Shown piece after piece: positions 52,574 to 64,000 of a DNA stretch of 64,000 nucleotides. Under the pieces are notes generated by a model. It saw nothing but the letters and a program-made list of their open reading frames with translations. It had not been told where the DNA came from and did no database searches. Position numbers and translations under genes: made by a program. The first letter of the stretch is position 1; the number at the start of each line of letters is the position of its first letter. Source of the DNA: an uncultured Planctomycetota bacterium (GTDB taxonomy: Bacteria; Planctomycetota; Planctomycetia; Isosphaerales; Isosphaeraceae); the NCBI GenBank assembly GCA_963823665.1, contig CAWGMQ010000008.1, forward strand, positions 1,536,001 through 1,600,000. Direction: 5' to 3'.

Positions 52574-54052
52574 CTATTGGAGTATGTCCTTGATCACATG
52601 CCCATGCACATCCGTCAAACGGCGGTCGATGCCGTTGTGGCGGAAGGTGAGCCTGGTGTGATCGATGCCCAGGAGGTGCAGCACTGTGGCGTGGAGATCG
52701 TAGCAGTAGGTGACGTTGTCAACGGCCTTGTATGACCACTCATCGGTTGCGCCGTGGGTCGTGCCTCCCTTGATGCCGCCGCCGCAGAGCCAGGACGTGA
52801 AGGCGAACGGGTTGTGGTCGCGGCCTTTGGAGCCCTGGCTGCACGGCATCCGGCCGAATTCGGTCGTCCAGATGACGATGGTGTCGTCGAGCAGGCCGGT
52901 TTTCTTCAGGTCGGTGATGAGAGCGGCTGCGGGCCTGTCCATGCTCCTGCCCATGTCGCCGTGGTCGCGGGCGATGTCTTCGTGCGAATCCCAGTTGCGG
53001 CGTGGAAATCCATTGTCGGCGCCGCTCCAGACCTGGACGAAACGGACGCCGCGCTCGAGGAGCCGCCTGGCGATCAGGCAGTTGCGGCCGAAATCCTCGG
53101 TGACGGGGTTATCGAGGCCATAGAGCGATCGGGTTGCGGGCGACTCGCGCGAGAGGTCGAGGACCTCGGGAGCGCTGAGCTGCAACCGTGCGGCCATCTC
53201 GTAACTGGCGATCCGGGCCTCGAGCCGTGAGTCGCCGGATCGAACGGATTCATGGGCCCGGTTCAAGCGATGAAGGAGCGCGAGTCCATCGCTCTGCGCT
53301 TCGGCGGACGGCGCGCGATCGTCGGGCGGGAACAGGTCGAAGATGGGGCTCTTCGCACCAGGGCGGACCATCGTGCCCTGATTCGCGGCGGGCAAGAAGC
53401 CGGCGGACCAGTTGGCCGGGCCGTTGGGGGCAAACCCGCGCGAGTCGGGCAACACAACAAAGCTGGGTAGGTTCTGGCTCAGATCGCCCAGACCGTAAGA
53501 GACCCACGCGCCCATGCTCGGGAACCCTGGAAGAACGAAGCCGCTGTTCTGCATGAACGTCGCCGGGCCGTGCACATTCGACTTCGCCACCATCGCCGGC
53601 AAGAACGCGAGGTCGTCGACACAGCGGGCCAGACAAGGCACCAGGTCGCTGACCCACTTGCCGCACTGGCCGAACTGGCGCCACTTCCATGGGCTGGCCA
53701 TGATCGCGCCCGGCTCGCTCTGGAACAGCTCGACCTTGCCGCCGGGATCAAATTTCCGGCCGTTCTGCTGCACGAGGATCGGTTTAAAATCGAAAGTGTC
53801 ACACTGACTGGCCGCGCCGGACATGAAAAGCTGTACGACTCGCGTCGCCCGGGCGCGGTGATGAAGGCCGCCATTCCACTGGGGGTGCGCTCGCTGCGCC
53901 CCACTGGACGAACCATCGTCGCCCCGAGATCCGTCCGTCCCCAGAAGGTGCGCCAGTGCGAGTGCTCCGAAGCCACCGCCGGTCTGTGCCAGGAATGCGC
54001 GGCGATCGAGCGCAGACGCATCACGTTGTGGCGAGTGATTTACCGGGCTCAC
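52574..54052 (-). CDS. DUF1501 family protein (Tat-exported, planctomycete)
   Basis: DRRAFL twin-arginine signal, LFMSGAASQCDTFDFKP, PSMGAWVSYGLG, WDSH, TEFGRMP, GRDHNP, RLTDVHG. Confidence 0.95.
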   Translation of the reverse strand: MSPVNHSPQRDASALDRRAFLAQTGGGFGALALAHLLGTDGSRGDDGSSSGAQRAHPQWNGGLHHRARATRVVQLFMSGAASQCDTFDFKPILVQQNGRKFDPGGKVELFQSEPGAIMASPWKWRQFGQCGKWVSDLVPCLARCVDDLAFLPAMVAKSNVHGPATFMQNSGFVLPGFPSMGAWVSYGLGDLSQNLPSFVVLPDSRGFAPNGPANWSAGFLPAANQGTMVRPGAKSPIFDLFPPDDRAPSAEAQSDGLALLHRLNRAHESVRSGDSRLEARIASYEMAARLQLSAPEVLDLSRESPATRSLYGLDNPVTEDFGRNCLIARRLLERGVRFVQVWSGADNGFPRRNWDSHEDIARDHGDMGRSMDRPAAALITDLKKTGLLDDTIVIWTTEFGRMPCSQGSKGRDHNPFAFTSWLCGGGIKGGTTHGATDEWSYKAVDNVTYCYDLHATVLHLLGIDHTRLTFRHNGIDRRLTDVHGHVIKDILQ

Positions 54053-54468
54053 GGCCTGGCTCCGGCTGGAGCAGCTTCGCCTTTAAGCGGCATCTGGACA
54101 GAAGGTGAGGCCGGGCCCGGGTTGGCCTGTTCCGGCGCGTGGGCGGCGGCTGGCGATGGAATCTTCATTGCCTTCAAATGCCGGTTGTTTTGCAGAAGCG
54201 TCAGGTGAGTGACGTCGCCGCTCGACCGCCTCGCGAACTCGACCGTCACGTCGGCTTCCTTCAGGTAGAATTGCGTCGTCTGGCCGTTCCGAGCGAGCAG
54301 AACCGAGCCACTCAACCGAGAATGCTCGGCGCGGGCGGTCAGATACTCCTCGATCCTGGATGCGAGCTTCTCCGATGACGGCCGATCGGGGCGAGCGTGG
54401 GCCGGCAGAAGAGGGAAACAGAGCCAGGCAACGAAGCACGCGGCCGAAGCCGTCAGGGCCGACCTCAT
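54049..54468 (-). pseudogene. Serine-hydrolase (beta-lactamase-like) gene with catalytic core deleted: signal + N-cap fused to DUF3471-like C-terminus
   Basis: RIEEYL...LSGSVLLARNGQ directly followed by TQFYLKEADVTVEF...GDVTHLTLLQN; no SxxK core. Confidence 0.6.
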
Positions 54469-54527
54469 GGTTTCGACTCTCCGAAGGACTTCAGATGTTG
54501 CCGCACGTTGAATTCGCAGTGACGCTC

Positions 54528-57500
54528 TCAGGAACCGTTCCGCCGGCGATTAAACCGCCGATTCACGAGATCATCGCGCTCGCGGATCTGGCATTGCCAA
54601 CGGGTCAGGGCGGCGGGTGCGGAGATCGGGCGCGATCGTCTCGTCAGGATCTCTCGCGCGCTGGCGGCTGTCACGTAAATTGCGCCGGCGACGGCAAGTC
54701 CTGACGGCCGGATCTCGTCGCTTTGCAATCGTTCGTCGTCGTCCAGTCGCCGGACGGCCGTGATGCGATCGGCGTGTGCGACGACTTCCTGCGGTGGAGT
54801 GCTCGGCGTTTCGACTCTTGGACCTTTATCGGTCGAGAGCAGCGAGCGCACGGCCCTCAGGCTTCCTCGGCTCCAGGTGCCGATGGCGAAATCGATGGCT
54901 TCGATCAACGTACGTTTGGCCTTGATGATGCGGCCCGCTTCGATTGCGGCCTCCTTGACAAACGCGGCTGGGGTCTTCCGGCCGGCGCCGTCATCCTCTT
55001 CGAGGAAGGATGTGCCAGGCGTTTGGGCTTTGGGCTGCTGTTGCTCCTCCTGGAGGCGTGCATCGGCCTCGCTGCGAACCCGTTCGATCGCCTGATCGAC
55101 GCCGGTAACGAATCGAGACCACGAGGCTTGAACGGGCACTCCGGGGCTGGTGAGCGGAGGCATTTCACTCATTTCCGCGAATTCGTCCTGGCTAGACAGC
55201 CGGGGGTACAGGCTCTGGCCGGCACCGCCGGACCCGCTGGGGGCCGAACTGGCGCCGGCCTCGACGCCACCTTCTTCGCTGGTTGTCGTCTCGAGCGTGA
55301 TCGTCAGCATCGTGCCCAGCAGGGCGAGTGACGATTCGTTCAAGGAGACGAGCGAAGCGGAGGCCCCGGAGGCGCTCGCGGTCGAAACAGCGCTTGACTC
55401 TTCGAGCTGGAAACCGACGACAGACGCCGATGCGTCGCCGTCATTGGTCGCGTAGAACTCCAGCCCGTTGTTACTGAAGCTGGCCAGGGCCAGGGCCGAC
55501 GGATTGGGCAGCCCGGACGACGAGATGACCGACGTCAGGTTGAGCCCGTCGTCACCGACCTGGAAGAGCGAGAAGTTGCCGTCGGCATTGTTGCCGACCA
55601 CAAGGTCATCCAGGCCAGTGGCCGGCGAGAGTACGGCGAGGGCAGACGTAGGGTCGGTGCCTCCGCTCGAGAGTGTGGACATGGTTGCGGAGCCCGTTCC
55701 GACACCGGAGATCATCGTCAGGTCGTTGGATACCGAATTGACGGTCACCAGGTCGAGGCCCCCGCCCGGGGAGAAGTTGCCGAGCAGAAGCTGAGTCGGG
55801 TCGGCGCCCACCGAGTAGACGATCGGCGACTGATCATCGAAAAAGCCGTTGCCGAGGCCGGGGAGCAGCAGGACCTGGTTGCTGCCGCTGTCGGCGACCA
55901 GGAGACTGGGCACGGTTTGGCCGGGGAGGGTCATGACCGCGGTCGCGACCGGCCCTATGCCCGCTGCGAAGGTGGGACCTTCGACGAAAGTGGGCTGGCC
56001 GTCCGGCCCGGGCTCGTTGATCAAGGTGGAAACGTTGTTGGAGCCTTCGTTGGCGATGATCAGGTCGGGCCGGCCGTTGCCCGTCAGGTCGGCAACGGTG
56101 ATTCCTACTGGGTTCGTGCCTGTAAAGTAGCCGTTACCGTCGTTCAAGGGAGTGGTGTTGAAAGTCCCGTTTCCCAGTCCCATGTAAATGAACACGTTGT
56201 TGCTGCCACTGTTGGCGACGATCAAGTCGAGGATTCCGTTGCCGGTGAGGTCGGCCAGCGTGACGGCGCCGGGGGTCACCAAGCCGGTGGCCGCACTGCC
56301 CAGGACGGTCGTTCCACCGCCGACAGTTTGAACGATGATCTGATCTGTGGCCTGATCGGAGTAAATGAACGCGGCCGGCGTGCTGCCGTGCTGTGCATAC
56401 ACCGCCAGCGACACTTGCTGGTCGGCGTTCTGAGGGGGCTGGAACGTGCCGTTGCCGTTGCCGATCAGCACCTGCACATCGCCGCGGGGGTTGCTCACGA
56501 GCAGGTCGGCGTCGCCGTTGCCGGTCAGGTCGGCGACGGTGAGGCCGTTGGGCTCGAACCCGACGTTGATCTCGGTGGGGGGGAGGAAGCCTCCGTCGCC
56601 GTTGCTTTGTTCGATGTAGAGTCCATCCGAGGTGAGGATGGCGAGTCCGGCCGGGCCGCCGTCGCCGAAATTGACGGAGCTCACGACCAGCGGGTTGCCC
56701 GGCGTCGGGAAGATTGTGGGATCGGCGAAGCGGCCGTCGCCGGTTCCCGCGAGCACGCCGAACGTATTCGAGCCAGGGTTGAGCGCCACGATCGAGGGGG
56801 CGCCGCCCGACGTGAATATCCCGGCGGTAACGCTCACCGTCTGCTCCAGGCTCGCGACCGGCGACGGCAAGGGCGTTCCGGTCTCGCCATAGGGCCCGGC
56901 CCCGGCAGAAAAGAGGATCGGGGAGCTGAACGCGCCCCCTCCCAGATTTTCGAGGACGCCGACCTCGCCGGAGAGCCTGTCGGTATAAAGGATGTCGAGC
57001 CGGCCATCCTGCTCCAGGTCGGCCACTTCCACGTCGGAAGCACCCTGGCTGACTGGCAGATCGATGCGGGGCGCGAACCAGCCGTGTCCGTCGCCGGGGA
57101 AGATCGAGATCGTGCCGTTGCCGGCATTGCGGACGATCAGGCTGGTGTAGCCGTTGCCGTCCAGGTCGGCGGCCAGAATCTGGGCGGGCTCGGGTCCGGT
57201 GGGAAGCGTGGCAACCTCGACGAAACCGGTCGATTCCAGGCGGAAGAACGAAAGGTTGTTGTCGTCGGCGTCGACGCTGATCAAGACCGGGCCCTGGTTG
57301 GTGACGGCAAAAGCGACGTCGCGTGAGGGATCGCCGGGGTTGACGGTGACCGGTGGTGCAAAGATGCCGGGCTCGCCAGACGCGCCCGCGCGGTAGAGGA
57401 TGTCGCCGGCGGCGTCGACGACAACCACATCGTCTGTGCCGTCGCCGGTCAGGTCGGCGACGAGCGGCGTTTCACGCCGCGCGAGGTCGTCAACCGAGGG

Positions 57501-60180
57501 AGACGAGAAAGTGCCGTCACCGTCGCTGAGCACGACTTCAACGTTATCAGGATTGATGCGGGCGATCGCCAGGCCGGGGAGGCCGCCGCCGGTGAAATCG
57601 CCCGCCACGATCGCATTCGAACTTCCACCCGGTGTACCGAGCGTGCCTTGAATCGGAAGCTGGAATGTGCCGTCGCCGTTGCCCATAAGAATCGAGTAAT
57701 CATCGCTTCCACTTCCGTTGCCATCGGCGGTCGCCAGGTCGAGGATGCCATTGGCGGTGAAATCGGCGGCGGTGATGGAAACGGGATACACGCCGGAGCC
57801 GAGGGGAATCACATCGGGGGCGTGGAACGTGCCGTTGCCGTTGCCCAGAAGCACGGCGACCGTATCTCCGTAGAAGAAATTGGAGCTCGAGACGACCAGG
57901 TCGGTGAGCCCGTCATTGCGCAGGTCCCCGGCCCAGAGCGTGAGGCTTGTCGGCGCGAAGACGGTTTCACCGAAGGAGATGGTGGAACCCTGGGTGAACG
58001 TGCCGTCGCCGTTGCCCAGGAGCATGGTGACGGAATCGAGGGTGGGCTCGGCGACGACCAGGTCCAGGTCTCCGTTCTTGGTGAAGTTGCCCGCCACGAT
58101 GGCAGTCGGGTAGATGTACGGGTCGCCCGGATTCGCAGTATTCGTGATCTGAATCGTCTGGCCGAGCGTGAATGTCCCGTCGCCGTTGCTCACGAGGATC
58201 GTGACCGAGCTCGAATCGGAATCGACGACGGCCAGGTCGACCCGCCCGTTGTTGGCGAAATCGCCCGCGACGATTCCAGTGGGACTGCTGCCCGGCGGCA
58301 AGGCGATGGTGGAGCTCTGGAACGTGCCGTCGCCGTTGCCCAGGAGGATGGAAACCTCGTCGAGATTGTTGTCGGTGACGGCCAGATCGGTGCGGCCGTC
58401 GTCGTTGAAGTCGGCGGCCACCATGGACGTGGGAAAGCTGCCTGGCGGCAAGGCGACAGTCAAGGGTTGTTGAAACGTGCCGTCCCCATTACCGGGCAGG
58501 ATGGTCACGGTGCTATCGCCCTGGTTCAGGACGGCCAGACCGACGTTGCGATTGCCCGTGAAGTCGCCGGTGACTTCGGCAACCGGGTCATTGCCGACAG
58601 GGGTGCCGGCAGGCTCCTGGAATGTGCCGTCGCCCTTGCCGAGGAGTACCGAGATGTCGGACGAGCCGTAGTTTCCGGTGGCGAGGTCAAGGCGGCCGTT
58701 GGCGGTGAAGTCGCCCGCCACGATCTCGTACGGCCCTGTCCCTGCTGGCACGCCGGCGGCGCTCGTCAAGCCGCTGCCGGTCGTCGCACTGTGGATGGCG
58801 GGCTGGAATGTGCCGTCGCCGTTGCCGAGGAGAACCGAGACGTCCTCGTTGCCGTACTCGGCGACAGCCAGGTCGAGATGGCCGTTGCCGAAGTCGCCCG
58901 CCACGATTGAGTATGGGGTCGCCCCGACGGGCAGAATCGCCACGGGCGTATTCTGGAAGGTGCCATCACCGTTGCCCTCGAGAATGTCGACCGCGTTTAC
59001 GCTCGCGTTGGTCAGAGCCAGATCGGTTTCACCGTTGCCGAAATCGCCAGCGACGATCGACGTCGGAGAGCTGGACGGCAACTCGATGGTTTGCGCGACA
59101 GAGAAACTCCCGCCGCCCTGATTGGTGAGGACCGTGACATCCCCGCTAACGTCGTCGGCAACGGCGAGGAAATGGCCGTCCTGGCCGAAGGCGCCGGCTG
59201 CGATTGACGTCGGGCCCAGCCCGACCTGAATCGGACTCGACTGAGTGAACGTGCCGTCGCCATTGTTCATGAGCACGATCACGTCATCGCCGGCACCGCC
59301 CGTGCCGGAGACGCCCACGGCGAGGTCCGTCTGGCCGTTGCCGAAGTCACCGGCCACGATCGCGTCGGGCGTTCCGGGCACCGACGACAAGCTGATGGTC
59401 GTAGCCGGAAGGAAGGTGCCGTCGCCGTTGCCGAGGGAGATCGAAACGCTGTCCGTATAGGCCAGCGTGATGGCCACATCGAGCTTTTGATCGTTGTTGA
59501 AGTCGCCGACCGCGATCGCGGACGGTCCAGAGGCAGGATTGACGAGCATGGCGTTCGGGTCCGGCGACTCGAACGTCCCATCGCCGGTTCCGATGTGGAC
59601 GCCGTCCGAGGTCACAATGTCCAGCACGCCGTTGCCCGTGAAGTCGCCGACGCCGAGCGGCACGTAGCCGATGCCCTGGTAGTTCGGGGAGAGCGTCACG
59701 GTCTGATTGGGGTCGGATGACGGCGTGAAGGTCGTTGTCAGGCTGTAAGCACCCGAACCCGAAAGGCTCTGCACCTCGAGGAATTCGTCGCCCGCCACGA
59801 CGTGGAAATCGATCGGGTTCACGCCACCGCCTGACTGCCCGTCGCTTTCGACGAGCAAGTCGCCCTGGGAATCGTACAACGAAAGCTGGAGCTCGAGATT
59901 CAGGGGCGCCCGCAGATGTCAGCGCGATGAGACGGCCGTCCGAGGTGGGCTGGATCTCGTAGAAATCGGCCCCACCACTGGACAGATTTCCCGGCGTGGT
60001 CGAATCGATGTTTGTGATCAGGGTTGCACCGGAGAGGACCGATGGCGGCAGAGTGGAGAGCAAGACCCGGTCTTCAAGCCGCGTAGCGGCCGCCGACCAC
60101 CAGAAACGGACGTCGCGGAGCAACCCGCGGCGGTTCGTCACGGTCTTCGGGGCAAGTCGGGGGGACTTGTTGCGAAACAT
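54528..60180 (-). CDS. Giant FG-GAP/VCBS repeat surface protein, frameshift near 59900
   Basis: ATRLEDRVLLS motif in 59347..60180; many GDFxxxG..DL and LLGNGDGTF repeats in 54528..59879. Confidence 0.92.
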
Positions 60181-60225
60181 GTTGGCAGCACCTCGTAGTG
60201 GGCTCGGCGCGATCGACTGGGCCGC

Positions 60226-63809
<3,584 letters not shown>

Positions 63810-64000
63810 GATCTTGCAGCAATTCAGACACGAGGAAAGGTGCCAAGTGATTTCAAGGCCGTCGATGCCGCTGTGCTTCCCAGCACCGTTGCTCGCAAGC
63901 CGTTCTAAACCCGCACACCATCAGGCGGCAGTTTTCCCCGAGGCCTCGTTTGCCTCGCCGCCTCAAACGCAGCCTTTGTTCGCTAGTCTCTAGATTACCA

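Overview
GC-rich bacterial DNA, almost certainly from Planctomycetota (Isosphaeraceae-like). The evidence is several secreted proteins with the LExRxLLS motif, YTV-type Val/Thr/Pro/Cys proteins, a DUF1501 protein, an ECF sigma factor coupled to a Ser/Thr kinase-TPR gene, and a giant FG-GAP protein. Many genes carry single-base indels, often in homopolymers, which suggests long-read or consensus errors as well as real decay. Recognisable elements: a NYN-domain protein, a serpin, a PspA/IM30-AAA ATPase operon, a cobalamin riboswitch with a 3-gene cassette, a very long RNase P RNA, a Xre/MbcA-RES toxin-antitoxin pair with a dead toxin, three STK-TPR genes and a VOC/GNAT/ArsR/AraC cluster. The best candidate for an undescribed system is an apparently acquired co-directional 5-gene island (18.6-26.2 kb): HPRT-like PRTase, HIT-like protein, divergent SAH-hydrolase-fold enzyme, CHAT(caspase-like)-NB-ARC-14xWD40 STAND protein and HAD phosphatase. 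It may be a purine-nucleotide signalling or defence module. Other notable observations: two secreted proteins with mirror-symmetric arms around a Cys-rich knob, whose 28-aa repeats expanded in step on both arms; an orphan secreted tandem Hcp-like protein; a relic pseudo-tRNA/leader-ORF/slipin locus; a palindromic element inserted into a kinase domain; and three ~67-bp-spaced repeats upstream of rnpB. All family assignments come from motif recognition by eye; no database searches were run.
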